Virus record (IMG/VR): IMGVR_UViG_3300037183_000039
Location: 1-48,878 of that record
Strand: one strand, 5' to 3'
Origin: a virus
Lineage: Duplodnaviria > Caudoviricetes
Length of the DNA stretch: 48,878 bases
This document shows, piece by piece, positions 8,824 to 18,707 of this stretch; within the stretch, counting starts at the first letter, position 1; every line of letters begins with the position of its first letter. The notes beneath the pieces are model-generated. The model worked only from the letters and a program-made list of their open reading frames with translations, did no database searches and was not told where the DNA came from. The position numbers and the translations under genes are program-made.

Positions 8824-10887
8824 TTAAGCGTAGATGGCGTCGACCGCAGTCACCTGGGCCCGCTTCCATCCACCGTTGTAAACATAAACCTTGTTGTTGG
8901 TCGAGTCGTAGGTCATGGCCACCTGCCCCGTGGGGACGTTTGCCGGAACGCCGGTTGGGGTGCCCGCACAAGACGGGATCGTCAGCCAGCCGGTGGTCGC
9001 GTTGGTCGCCTGGGCGGCGGTGGCGAACGACACGCAGCCCGTGGGCAGTCCCAGGTAGGCCCCGTAGTTGACGATGGACGTGCCCACGTAGATGGTGCGG
9101 ACCCGGTTGGCCCCGGCGGTGCCGAAGTCGAGCGCGTTGTCGGAGTTCGACACCCAGTGGCCGGACGCCTGGATGATCCAGCGAGTCGAGCCGGACTGGA
9201 CGAACAGGACGCTCGACGTGTTGGCCGACCCGGTGCCGAAGCTGACCGAGCGGCCGGTGCCGGTGCCCCCAATCGTCGCCTGGATGTTGTAGCCGCCCGC
9301 CGCCGTGGTGAACTCCATCCGGCCGTAGTTGACCGGCGTCGTGTCCGAGTCCGTCGTCTCGTACAAGTAGTTGGACTGGGCGTTGGTCGTCCTGGACTGC
9401 GCCAGAATGTCGGACGCCGCATACCGCAGGAACACGGTGTTGTTCCAGTTGATCACTCCGGCCGTGTCGAACCGGACCGACGTTCCCGGGTAGATCGTGC
9501 GGGGGCGGGTCGCGCCCGAAGCGCCGATGTCCTGCACGTTGTCGGTCGACGTAATCCAGTGTGCTGCCGCCGCTGTCACCTGCCAGTTGTTAACGCTGCT
9601 GATGCCGATACCGACGTTGCGTTGAACTCCGGTGCCCCCCTTGGACCCGAGCAGGTAGCAGACGTTTCCGGTCCATACCAGCCCGGTCCGCTCGTAGTTT
9701 ACGGGCGTCGAGTCCGAATCCGTCGTGTTATAGAGGTAGTAGGTCTGGGCGTTCGTGGTGTTGGACTGACTGAGCACGTTGGCCGCACTGCGCCGAAGGA
9801 ACAGGTCGGTGCTCCAAGCCAGAACTCCGGCCGTGTCGAACGTGACCGACGTGCCGGGGTAGATCGTGCGAGGACGCGTGGCACCGCTGGCTCCGATGTC
9901 GAACGTGTTGTCGACCTGCGCACCGAAATGTCCGGTGGTCGACTGCAGGAACCATCGTGCGGTGTTGTCGCTGCCGAGGTACAGGTGGCCGCCGCCTGTA
10001 TTGGAGCGCAGATAGGCGTTCGACCCGTCGTGCAGCATCTCGATGTACAGTGGCCCCGTGGTCGTGCCGTAGACTCGGAAGAGTTGGGCGTTCGCGCCGT
10101 TCTTGAGAGCGAGTCTCCCGCCCGCACTGTCTCGCGCGAGGATGACGTCTGCCGAAGTGACGCCGGACGACCCCCAGGCAAGACTGCCACCGGCGGGTAG
10201 AGAGAAAAGAAGCGGTTGAATCCGAAGGGCGTCCGTGCCAGCAACGGAGAAGCGGATGTCTGAAGACCCGGACCTCCAGAGCCCAGTGTTGGTCTCGTTC
10301 TCGAAGCTGTACGACGGCGTTCCGACCAGTCCGTTCGGCCCGAGCGTCTGTGTCCCGAAGTAGAGGCTGCGGATCTGCCCGGACGTCGCCTTGCCGATGT
10401 CCTTGGTGTTGCTGCCGCTGGGGAGCAAGTGCCCGGTCGACCCGGCGCCGTCGATGGTCCAGCGGTCCGAGCCGCCCGTGTTGAAGACGATGTCGGTGGA
10501 GCCCGTCGTGGAGATGGTGATGTTGTAATTGTTGCCCGAGCCCAGGGCTTCCTGGCGGAGTTGAGTGCCCAGCCCGGCACTGGCGTCGATCACGAAGCGG
10601 GAATAGTTCGAGCCGTCAACGTACTGGTTGTAGACGCGGTACGCCTGGGCTTGGCCGACCACGCGCTGGGCGAGGACACCCGCGGCGTCACGGGTAAGCT
10701 GGATGTCGACCGGATTCGTGCCGTCCCCCCAGGACATCGACCCGGCGGCGGTCATGTTGTAGCGCTTAACCACGTCCGTAACGACCCGGGCCGTAAGGAC
10801 GACGGTTCCCGAAGTCGCACCGACGAGGTCGATGAGTCCGAAGGACTCAGAGTCGCCGACTACCGGTGGATTATCGAATTCCGCCAT
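8824..10887 (-). CDS. tail fibre / receptor-binding protein with internal repeats
   Basis: Gly/Thr/Ser/Asn-rich beta sequence; repeated DIGASGATRPRTIYPGTS unit; C-terminal YDSTNNKVYVYNGGW fibre-tip-like motif. Confidence 0.8.
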   Translation of the reverse strand: MAEFDNPPVVGDSESFGLIDLVGATSGTVVLTARVVTDVVKRYNMTAAGSMSWGDGTNPVDIQLTRDAAGVLAQRVVGQAQAYRVYNQYVDGSNYSRFVIDASAGLGTQLRQEALGSGNNYNITISTTGSTDIVFNTGGSDRWTIDGAGSTGHLLPSGSNTKDIGKATSGQIRSLYFGTQTLGPNGLVGTPSYSFENETNTGLWRSGSSDIRFSVAGTDALRIQPLLFSLPAGGSLAWGSSGVTSADVILARDSAGGRLALKNGANAQLFRVYGTTTGPLYIEMLHDGSNAYLRSNTGGGHLYLGSDNTARWFLQSTTGHFGAQVDNTFDIGASGATRPRTIYPGTSVTFDTAGVLAWSTDLFLRRSAANVLSQSNTTNAQTYYLYNTTDSDSTPVNYERTGLVWTGNVCYLLGSKGGTGVQRNVGIGISSVNNWQVTAAAAHWITSTDNVQDIGASGATRPRTIYPGTSVRFDTAGVINWNNTVFLRYAASDILAQSRTTNAQSNYLYETTDSDTTPVNYGRMEFTTAAGGYNIQATIGGTGTGRSVSFGTGSANTSSVLFVQSGSTRWIIQASGHWVSNSDNALDFGTAGANRVRTIYVGTSIVNYGAYLGLPTGCVSFATAAQATNATTGWLTIPSCAGTPTGVPANVPTGQVAMTYDSTNNKVYVYNGGWKRAQVTAVDAIYA

Positions 10888-10895
10888 TTTTACCT

Positions 10896-11303
10896 CTAGA
10901 CGACGAGATCCTGGACCGCGGTTTCACCGCTGAGCTGGACTTCGATTGGCCCGATGGTTCCCTGCTTGTACCGGACCCGGAACCACTGTCCCTGCTTGAC
11001 CTTGAGGGGGGCCGTGTACGACCGCATCACGTTGCCGTAATCGGCGATGCGGACGGTCGCCCTGATGGCCCAGGTGCCTGGGGTGCCGTTGTTGTCCGGG
11101 GCGACCTCAAACTGGACCTTGGCGTTCCTGGCCGAGGAGTCCATCGAGGCCACGATGTCCTTGATGGAAAGCTCATTACCCACGTCGTTGGGGATCTTGC
11201 TCACCGGGACCAAAGTCTGAGCTATGATGACGGTGAGGGCGAGGTTACCTACTGCGTCTTCGCCGTACGCGTTGAAATTGCCTTGAGGATTCACTAGACC
11301 CAT
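10896..11303 (-). CDS. putative small virion protein
   Basis: beta-rich 135 aa, SD AGGAG, upstream of the fibre. Confidence 0.6.
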   Translation of the reverse strand: MGLVNPQGNFNAYGEDAVGNLALTVIIAQTLVPVSKIPNDVGNELSIKDIVASMDSSARNAKVQFEVAPDNNGTPGTWAIRATVRIADYGNVMRSYTAPLKVKQGQWFRVRYKQGTIGPIEVQLSGETAVQDLVV

Positions 11304-11326
11304 AAATGCTCCTACGGTTCACTCCC

Positions 11327-11355
11327 ATTAGACCACGAGAAACGTTTTCCGTCAA
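11327..11355 (-). promoter_or_regulatory. sigma-70-type promoter for the fibre/P4H/lysis genes
   Basis: TTGACG-N17-TCTAAT with TGn extension, intergenic. Confidence 0.7.
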
Positions 11356-11369
11356 TGAGAGTTACAGAA

Positions 11370-14309
11370 CTAGACGTACGCCTCGACGTACCGTTGGGTG
11401 CCGTCACTACACATCACCAAAATCCACTTGTCGAACCCGGTGATAGGGCCGGGTCCGCCGAGCTTCCCGGCCGCGACCGGCGCCCCGGCTCCGTCGACGT
11501 AAAGGTTGGCTGTTACCATCACGGTGCCCGAGATGTCAGGGCAGAAGTAGGCACGGCCTGTAGTGTTCGCATGCCAGATTTCACCGTACTTAGCCGGGTC
11601 CTTGCTCATGGACAGCCAACGGATGCGCTGGTTGCCCTTGGTAAACCGGACGGCCTCATACCGGAACTGACTGGACGTCATCGATTCGAATACCAGATCC
11701 CCAGTCGCTTCGTCGGTTCCCCAGAAGTACCCCTCTTTGAGCTGTCCGTTTACGAGTTCCGGCGTTCCGGCCCCGAAGTAAGCGTTGGGAGCTACAATGA
11801 GTGAAGTCTTGGAACGGCTGACCCCGGAACCGGGTTTCATGTTTCTACGGGCGGCGTCCCTAAGATCAGTCTCAGGCGGATGGATGACGAGGCCGCCGTC
11901 AGCAGTGCCGCCCGACCACTTGGACGGTGATTTGCCGGAAAGCCGGGTCCCCTTCGGGGCTTGGGTGTAATTAAAAGGATCACCACCGGCCGGGACCGTA
12001 GACGGTGAGGAACTGGGCGGCGGAGGAGGCGGGGGTGGCGGCGACGGCGGCCCCGGCGGGGGAGGCGGGGGCGACGGCGGGGGAGCAAACGGCGACGGCG
12101 GCGTCGTGGGAATGACGGCCCCGGCAATCGTACCACCCTGGGCTCCAAAGGCACTGGCCACCAGAGTCGTCGGGTTCGAGTGAATAGCTTTGCTGACCGA
12201 AGCCGTCGTCGGCTGGCTAAATACTCCGGTGTCCGTCGCCCCGGGCGTATAGTTCTGAGCCTGGGCGGCGAAGGCCGAAGCCTGGGTGGGACTGACCGAA
12301 GTCGTGGTCCTCATTCCTTCACCGACGTTAGAGTCGGTAGCGACGATCTGCGGGTCCTGATAAGAAAGCTGACCGACAGGCGCCCCACTCTTGTGGTAAT
12401 TGGGATCGTTCCGGTAAGGGTCGAGCGGGTCCGTGGTAGGCACACACGGTTGGGGGCTGCAAGGCGACATGGGCGGCGACCCGGGCGACATCGGAGGCGA
12501 AGGATACATAGGAGGAGAAGGCGGAGACCCCGGTGGGTAACACGGAGTCGGCGGCGCCATGTTGGGATCACAAGGCGGCGGCATCGGGTCCGACGGCGGG
12601 GGCGGCGGGTAGTAAGGCGGCGGTGGGTAAGGCGGCGGCGGGGAGTAGTGGTCCGTCGTCGACCACCACATCCACATTTGAGCCCCGTCGTTCCACCCCA
12701 GGTGGACCGGGACTACCACGCTCTTGTCCTGGCCGGACCTCCACTCGGTTTCGAAGGCAAGTGGACCATCATAGCGGTCGTCACGTTTGAAGAGAGCCCC
12801 CGTCCACAAGTGAAGAGGGTTGATAGGGAAGTTGTCTCCGGTCTTGCCCAGCTTGTGCTTGTCGGTCGCCGACCCCACCCAAAGCGGTCCGCCGTGCCAG
12901 CGGGAGCCGTGTCCCACGATCCGGCTCTTGCTCTTGTCGGCCGTAGGGTCACCGGGTTTCGGGGCGGCCACGGCTCCAGTGACCGGGTCCGCGCCCGAAG
13001 ACATGGGCGGCGGGGCCGCCTGTTCGCCACGGTCTATGAAGAATCCGCCCTCGGTGTCCTGACACCCGGACGGTCCCAGTTGGAAAGCCACCGAATTCAT
13101 CCCGCCGAGCGGTTTCTTGAGGACCCAGAACACTGATTGGAGTGGGGCCTTACGCTGGCGGTCGGCTTCAAACTTCTTAGTTACGTCATAGACGAGCGTT
13201 CCCATGCCAGGGTCGCCGCCGTGATTGACCGCGTACAGGTTCGGGTCGGTCGGGAAGAAGAGTTCAACTTGTTTGGACTCGTCCGTCGCCGATACCACGA
13301 GCCCGGGCGTACCTTTGGGAAATTTGGGCCAGAGGTTGTCTTTACCAACCTTCGGGAAATTGGCGTCGATGCCTTTATATCGTTTATCGGGCTTCCAAGA
13401 ATCGTCCTTAACTGGGCGAAGCTGGCTGTCGCCCGGCATCATGACGCCGCAACCGTCTTGCTTGTCGCCGCCAGTGCCGGGTGATTTGGCTCCGGGAACC
13501 CCACGGAGGCCTTCCGCGCCGGAGTCACCGTTAAGCCCAACCTGAGCACCGTTCCCGTCGCCACCCCACTGGCCCGGGCCGACCGGACGACCGCCCGGAT
13601 TCTGCTGACCCTGTGGGGAGTTCTTATTGCCAAAAGGATTCCTATAAGGGTCCGCCGGTTGAATGAAATGAGCAAAGCCGGACCCGGCGCCGACACCCTG
13701 CAGCCCAGTGAGTGCTTCCGTCGACCGACTTCCGCCGTAGGAAAAACCGCCAAATCCGCCTACGTTGCCGACGCCCTGGAGACCGGAGAGTGCCTCGAGA
13801 CCGCCCTTGCCACCAACGGTAAACGGGTAGAAACCCTGCCCACCGTTGATTCCTGGGCGACCCTTGTTAATACCAAGAGTCAGGACGTCGCCCTTAGCGT
13901 TGGGGGAGGAAGGACCACCCGGCGAGAACCCGTTAGGGGGTCCAAGACTCTGCAGGAGACCCGGGTCGTTGGGGTCGCCAGCCTGAGCGATGACTACTCC
14001 GCCCGTATCCTCGGAGGCTACGTCTTCCGGCTGGTCCCCGGCCTCACCGTAGAGGGCAGGCCAAACCCAAGACCACCCGGGCATGGGACGGGAGTCGTTG
14101 GGCCAGCACAAGGCTCCGACGACGTCCCCGACTTTTGTCTGATCATGGTGCCACTCGCCAATGTTGTCGTCGCCAACAAAACGGTCAAGGACTGCGTAGC
14201 CCCACAGGGCCGAACGCATCTCCAGGTCCCATCCGTTGGCGTCGTACTTGTCGTGCCGGAGTGGCAGGAACCCGGCCCCCTGAGGACCTCTCGAATCTGC
14301 GTTCTTCAA
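11370..14309 (-). CDS. large tail-module protein with Gly-rich and extensin-like polyproline segments
   Basis: 979 aa coupled to the upstream tail gene; YSPPPPYPPPPYYPPPPPS and PPPSPPPPPPGPPSPPPPPPPPS tracts. Confidence 0.8.
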   Translation of the reverse strand: MKNADSRGPQGAGFLPLRHDKYDANGWDLEMRSALWGYAVLDRFVGDDNIGEWHHDQTKVGDVVGALCWPNDSRPMPGWSWVWPALYGEAGDQPEDVASEDTGGVVIAQAGDPNDPGLLQSLGPPNGFSPGGPSSPNAKGDVLTLGINKGRPGINGGQGFYPFTVGGKGGLEALSGLQGVGNVGGFGGFSYGGSRSTEALTGLQGVGAGSGFAHFIQPADPYRNPFGNKNSPQGQQNPGGRPVGPGQWGGDGNGAQVGLNGDSGAEGLRGVPGAKSPGTGGDKQDGCGVMMPGDSQLRPVKDDSWKPDKRYKGIDANFPKVGKDNLWPKFPKGTPGLVVSATDESKQVELFFPTDPNLYAVNHGGDPGMGTLVYDVTKKFEADRQRKAPLQSVFWVLKKPLGGMNSVAFQLGPSGCQDTEGGFFIDRGEQAAPPPMSSGADPVTGAVAAPKPGDPTADKSKSRIVGHGSRWHGGPLWVGSATDKHKLGKTGDNFPINPLHLWTGALFKRDDRYDGPLAFETEWRSGQDKSVVVPVHLGWNDGAQMWMWWSTTDHYSPPPPYPPPPYYPPPPPSDPMPPPCDPNMAPPTPCYPPGSPPSPPMYPSPPMSPGSPPMSPCSPQPCVPTTDPLDPYRNDPNYHKSGAPVGQLSYQDPQIVATDSNVGEGMRTTTSVSPTQASAFAAQAQNYTPGATDTGVFSQPTTASVSKAIHSNPTTLVASAFGAQGGTIAGAVIPTTPPSPFAPPPSPPPPPPGPPSPPPPPPPPPSSSPSTVPAGGDPFNYTQAPKGTRLSGKSPSKWSGGTADGGLVIHPPETDLRDAARRNMKPGSGVSRSKTSLIVAPNAYFGAGTPELVNGQLKEGYFWGTDEATGDLVFESMTSSQFRYEAVRFTKGNQRIRWLSMSKDPAKYGEIWHANTTGRAYFCPDISGTVMVTANLYVDGAGAPVAAGKLGGPGPITGFDKWILVMCSDGTQRYVEAYV

Positions 14310-16495
14310 ACCATCACCTGCTTGGAGAGAATGGACCGGGCTCCCGACGACAAGAGCGAATCAATCGGTAACGCGTCCGCTTTCTCCTTCATATTCACTT
14401 TCGTCACCACTTCACCACGCGTGGTAACTGAATGGGCAATCCTTTCGACGTAACCCGACGGTGAGAGCGACGGCGCAAAGTCCCCGGTGCCGTCTCCCAG
14501 GTAACGGTCGGCGTATAGGGCCCAAGTACGGGCGGCTTCGGCCTTGGCCAGGGCCCACAAGGAAACTGAATTGCCCTGGGTTCCGGTGTCCCCACGTTCC
14601 CCCTCGTTAATGACGAGGCCCTTTAGATTGGGGGGTGTCTCATTCCGGTTGAGACCGAGCATTTTCTTAATATCCTCAGCTCTGGAATCGAGCCACTGTA
14701 CTCGGGCCGTTTCTACGCCTGGACCGATGAGGACGTTCATGGTGGGGCCGTTACAATTGGCGATAGTAGAGAAGCCGCCCGGCACGATGTCCTTCACGTC
14801 GTCCGGAGAAACTTCAATCATGAAGTAACGGTTCATGTTGTTGGGGGAACCCGGGACTACGGTAAAGATGAAAGCGATGTTCATCGAAGCCGATAGTTTG
14901 GGGAGTTGCTGCCCGGGTTGGCCGACCGAATCGAAACTGATCGACTGGTTCCCCTTTTTAGTGTAGTCACCGTGCGGAATCGATCCTGGGTCTACTTGGG
15001 AAGGGAAGAACGTCGTATAGATACCGAACGGGTCGTAATACTCTACCCTGATGATGCCCTGGTCGCGGTCCTCCTGAGTGACTCGGGCCGGAGACGGGGA
15101 GGCGCCGTTGTCTATGATGCCGGAAGCCGGGTAACCCTTACGATTGAAGATGTAGTAGAGAGCCTCGCCTTTGCGTTTATAGCAAGACCGGACGTTGTTA
15201 AGGAATGAGTAGTCGCCCCAAGCCATCGCCGGGGCCCTCTGGCCGGAAGTCCGATCAATGGTAGCGACCCGGTAAGCCTTCCAGTCGGCGATCCGGTCCA
15301 TGATCCTGGAGTTGATGCGGAACGAGGTCCGGTAATGGCCGTGTACCGCTGCCAGCCTGGGCCCCCAAGCTTGGTTAGGTGAGAAACTTCCAATGAGACC
15401 GGTCCTGGCCCACAGGTCATTAAATGGCATGAAAGCTTTTTGAATCAACGGGTGGTCGAGCTTCTTGCTACCACCACCAAACGGATTGGGCAAATTGCCC
15501 CACGCGTTGAATGCGTAGTCCACCCCGATCCAGGTACCTTGAGCTGTCGCGTTGGGGCCGCCACCGATCGGTAACTGGTAGTCCGGCTGGGGAAGCACGT
15601 TGTCAACGTGTAGGGTATCCTGGCCTTCAACGACCGTCGAGGAGGAAGTGGCGTTCTCCTTGTAGTCGACTCTCAACTCAGACTCAATCTGGAAGAAAAT
15701 CCTCATCTTACCCGGCCGCATGATAGACTGGTTGATCCATTCAAAGTGACCGCGACCGACGATCTCGGGGCCCAGAGTCTTGATGACGTTGGCGTCCGTG
15801 CCATCGACCCTACTGTACACCATTACCTGACCCTTAGCGTCGAGAGCGACTTCCGCTTCTGGGAAGGAGGCCAGTACCCGGTTGAGAGCCATGTCACCAG
15901 AGTCATGGAGTGACATATCCTCAACTGGGAGGCCCTTAATCGACGATCCGACGGCAGCACTGATCTGGGGAGTGAAGCCGGAGCCACCGTAATCGGACTC
16001 GATTTTAGAGATTTCTTTGAACACGTCCTGGAGGACGTCCTCGGGCGTCCACTTGGAAGCTGGGGGGTCAGCCTCAGACTTGAGTGACCACTTCTGGTAG
16101 GTGTATTTGGGAACGATGGGATTAGTGGCCGGTTGGTCGGACGCCGTTGCCACTTTAGTCCCGACTTTCCGTCGCATGTTGTAGTCACGACACACCAGGG
16201 CATTTGACCAGAACCAGCGGCGGTCGGCCACCACGATCCTGGAAATGAACTTGTTTTCACCCGGCGCTAGACGGAGTACCCACAAATTCTCAAAAGTTTG
16301 AGACTTGCCGTTGACCTCGTTTTTGATCTCCAGTTTGATCGGCTTCTTGTTGCCGATGGCCAGTGAGAACAGAGCACTGGCGTGTTGGGGCTCCATATCA
16401 AACGAAGAAATACTGGGCTTCACTCCGGGCCGGAGGACCCATTGGATTTCGGAAGACCCGAGAAGGGCGAACCCGCCCAATTTAGCTATGGTCAT
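14306..16495 (-). CDS. putative tail hub/baseplate protein
   Basis: 729 aa; position in the tail module; ADRRWFW and C-terminal VERIAHSV resemble hub proteins. Confidence 0.55.
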   Translation of the reverse strand: MTIAKLGGFALLGSSEIQWVLRPGVKPSISSFDMEPQHASALFSLAIGNKKPIKLEIKNEVNGKSQTFENLWVLRLAPGENKFISRIVVADRRWFWSNALVCRDYNMRRKVGTKVATASDQPATNPIVPKYTYQKWSLKSEADPPASKWTPEDVLQDVFKEISKIESDYGGSGFTPQISAAVGSSIKGLPVEDMSLHDSGDMALNRVLASFPEAEVALDAKGQVMVYSRVDGTDANVIKTLGPEIVGRGHFEWINQSIMRPGKMRIFFQIESELRVDYKENATSSSTVVEGQDTLHVDNVLPQPDYQLPIGGGPNATAQGTWIGVDYAFNAWGNLPNPFGGGSKKLDHPLIQKAFMPFNDLWARTGLIGSFSPNQAWGPRLAAVHGHYRTSFRINSRIMDRIADWKAYRVATIDRTSGQRAPAMAWGDYSFLNNVRSCYKRKGEALYYIFNRKGYPASGIIDNGASPSPARVTQEDRDQGIIRVEYYDPFGIYTTFFPSQVDPGSIPHGDYTKKGNQSISFDSVGQPGQQLPKLSASMNIAFIFTVVPGSPNNMNRYFMIEVSPDDVKDIVPGGFSTIANCNGPTMNVLIGPGVETARVQWLDSRAEDIKKMLGLNRNETPPNLKGLVINEGERGDTGTQGNSVSLWALAKAEAARTWALYADRYLGDGTGDFAPSLSPSGYVERIAHSVTTRGEVVTKVNMKEKADALPIDSLLSSGARSILSKQVMV

Positions 16496-18030
16496 GGTAG
16501 TTGCGAAGTCACCACGCCAGCGTTGGGACCAAAGAAGTTGGTACCCGGTGAAGAAGTGGCCACGGACCCGTCACCACCGCCGCCCTGGCTTGAAGTCGGC
16601 GGGGGACTGGTCGAGCCGCCACCGGAATCATAGAATTCCAGGACCGTGTAGATGTTGACGTCGGTCGCCTGGAACTGATTGCCCGGCAGGCCGATCATGA
16701 CGGGCGTCTGGTCCGAGTCCCTGGAGACCGGGACCGAATTGCTCATCGGAGACGGTTCCTTGCCCAGGACGTCCGGCGTGACCCGGTAGACCCGGCGGGT
16801 CTCGGTGACGACGCGGAGTTGCTGGGCGGGACCCTGGTAGCGGTACTTGCTGAGCGGCTTCCCGTCCCACCGGGCGACCAGGACCCAGCCATAGGAAGGT
16901 TTCGACTCCTTGGTGGTGATGCGTTGCTCGATGATGTTGGCGGGACCGACGCACCAGAACTCGAGATCGACGGCTATCCGGTTGTCGGTCCGGTCCGGGT
17001 CGAAGCTCTCATTGACCAGGACGAGCGGTCCGTACCCGGCCGCCATAACCTTGGCGGCTTCCGTGATGAGCCACGGCCGGATGGTGCCGTTGTATTTGCT
17101 GACAAGATCAATAGTAAGAGTGGAATCGACCGACGCCTCCCAGTGGAGGGCCACCCGGCCGAGTCTAGCCGTCGAAGCGCCGCCCTGCTGGTTGGGACTC
17201 CCACCCGTCATGACCCCGGTGTCGGCGCCGCCGGACCCTGTGGAGAAACCGCCGCCGGACTGGCCGAAGTCGACCCCGGTGCCCGGTGAGTCACCCGGTC
17301 CCGTCGTGATCCAGTTCAGCCGGAAGATCTGGTTGACGAGCTGCGGGTCGTCCGGTACGCTGGACGACTTCCCAGCATCGGGGTAGAGGAGCTGCTGGTA
17401 GACGAGCGTGAACTCCAGAATCTTGTTGGTGGAGTTGAATTCGACCCTGGGGCGGCCCTGTTCTTCCCAATCAGCCGCCGCATCAACTAGAGTGAGCTGG
17501 GCCGCCGCCCAGGTGGCGATGTTGGCCAGGAAAGTATCATAAGCGGCCCCGGTCGTCGGGGTGGCGGTCCAGGTGCCGGACATCGTGACCGTCTTGCGCC
17601 GGGCCTCATTATAGGCCACATTCACCGTCGAGAACCGTAGATGTTCGGTGTCCACGTTGTTGGCCGGGCGGCCGAAATTGATGCGGACTGTGTACCTACG
17701 AGACCGGCCCGTATCGACTTTGTGTTCACCCTTCTGGATGATGGGGTCCGCGTCCAGGCCCGTGTTGTCGGACTGTTTGAGTGATAGGAGGGTGGCCGAC
17801 CCCTGCTTGACGACGAGGTCCTGCCTGGGCTTCCGGAAGGCCACTTCCACTGCCGTACACTTGGAGGTAAACCCGGCTTCCGTCGTGTCGTAGACTATGA
17901 AAGAGAACTCGTAAGAGGCCAGTATGAAGCCGTCTTCCACCCTGGTATGGCCGTCGATGATGCGCTCCGTCGCCCCGCCGACGACGAATCCACCGTATGT
18001 GATCTCGAGTTCACGAGGTACAAGAGGCAT
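16492..18030 (-). CDS. putative distal tail / virion protein
   Basis: 512 aa, follows the tape-measure-like gene, Gly/Ser linkers. Confidence 0.55.
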   Translation of the reverse strand: MPLVPRELEITYGGFVVGGATERIIDGHTRVEDGFILASYEFSFIVYDTTEAGFTSKCTAVEVAFRKPRQDLVVKQGSATLLSLKQSDNTGLDADPIIQKGEHKVDTGRSRRYTVRINFGRPANNVDTEHLRFSTVNVAYNEARRKTVTMSGTWTATPTTGAAYDTFLANIATWAAAQLTLVDAAADWEEQGRPRVEFNSTNKILEFTLVYQQLLYPDAGKSSSVPDDPQLVNQIFRLNWITTGPGDSPGTGVDFGQSGGGFSTGSGGADTGVMTGGSPNQQGGASTARLGRVALHWEASVDSTLTIDLVSKYNGTIRPWLITEAAKVMAAGYGPLVLVNESFDPDRTDNRIAVDLEFWCVGPANIIEQRITTKESKPSYGWVLVARWDGKPLSKYRYQGPAQQLRVVTETRRVYRVTPDVLGKEPSPMSNSVPVSRDSDQTPVMIGLPGNQFQATDVNIYTVLEFYDSGGGSTSPPPTSSQGGGGDGSVATSSPGTNFFGPNAGVVTSQLP

Positions 18031-18032
18031 AG

Positions 18033-18707
18033 TTACCTACCGAAAGCCTGCGAGGCGGCCTCGCCGAGCTTCTCCATGATGTCCTTATCGATCTCCTTGT
18101 CGATCCTGCTCTGCATCTTCTCCTGAGCTAGATTCGTATCGTATAAAAAGCTCATGAGGTCACGAGCCCCACCGATTGATACGTGCTGGCCAAGCCTGAG
18201 TGAAGCCTTCGCCACTTCTATCGATTCGTCCTTGGTAGTCATGAAGGCCGAGAGGCTGGCCTTGATCTTAGTGATTTCGTCCGACAGGTAGTCGACGATG
18301 GGCACCCCGCCCTTCATTCCAACCAAACCCTGGACGAAAGAAACGAACTTTGGTGATTGTTCGATGGTGTCGACGATTTCCTTCACCGCGTAGGCAGCGA
18401 TAGCAGCCTTGAGGGTAGCGGCCATCCCAGCCTCGGCCGACGCTTCAAACGTCGCCGTCCGGCCAGGGTTGAAGCGCGACATCGCATACTTCTTGAAGCT
18501 GAAGTTTTCCACTTCCTCAGCCGACATCTCTGAGAAGAGCTTGCTCATGTGATACAGGTCGCCCTGAAGCGACTGACGGCGCGACTGCTTGCGGGACCCG
18601 ACGGGCTCACCGAAGCCAGAACCCGTAGGAATGTTCTTCGCGTCCCGCTCGAGCGCGGACGTGTCCAGTGATACCTTGACTTTGGCGTCACCGATGATAG
18701 AACTCAC
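18033..18707 (-). CDS. short tape-measure-like protein
   Basis: N-term IGDAKVKVSLDTS typical of TMP starts, Ala-rich helical, expected position; only 224 aa. Confidence 0.45.
   Translation of the reverse strand: MSSIIGDAKVKVSLDTSALERDAKNIPTGSGFGEPVGSRKQSRRQSLQGDLYHMSKLFSEMSAEEVENFSFKKYAMSRFNPGRTATFEASAEAGMAATLKAAIAAYAVKEIVDTIEQSPKFVSFVQGLVGMKGGVPIVDYLSDEITKIKASLSAFMTTKDESIEVAKASLRLGQHVSIGGARDLMSFLYDTNLAQEKMQSRIDKEIDKDIMEKLGEAASQAFGR

Noticed and set aside
9320-9915. Tail-fibre repeats as DGR template/variable repeats
   Set aside because: Both copies are in-frame coding, differences are not adenine-specific, and there is no reverse transcriptase.
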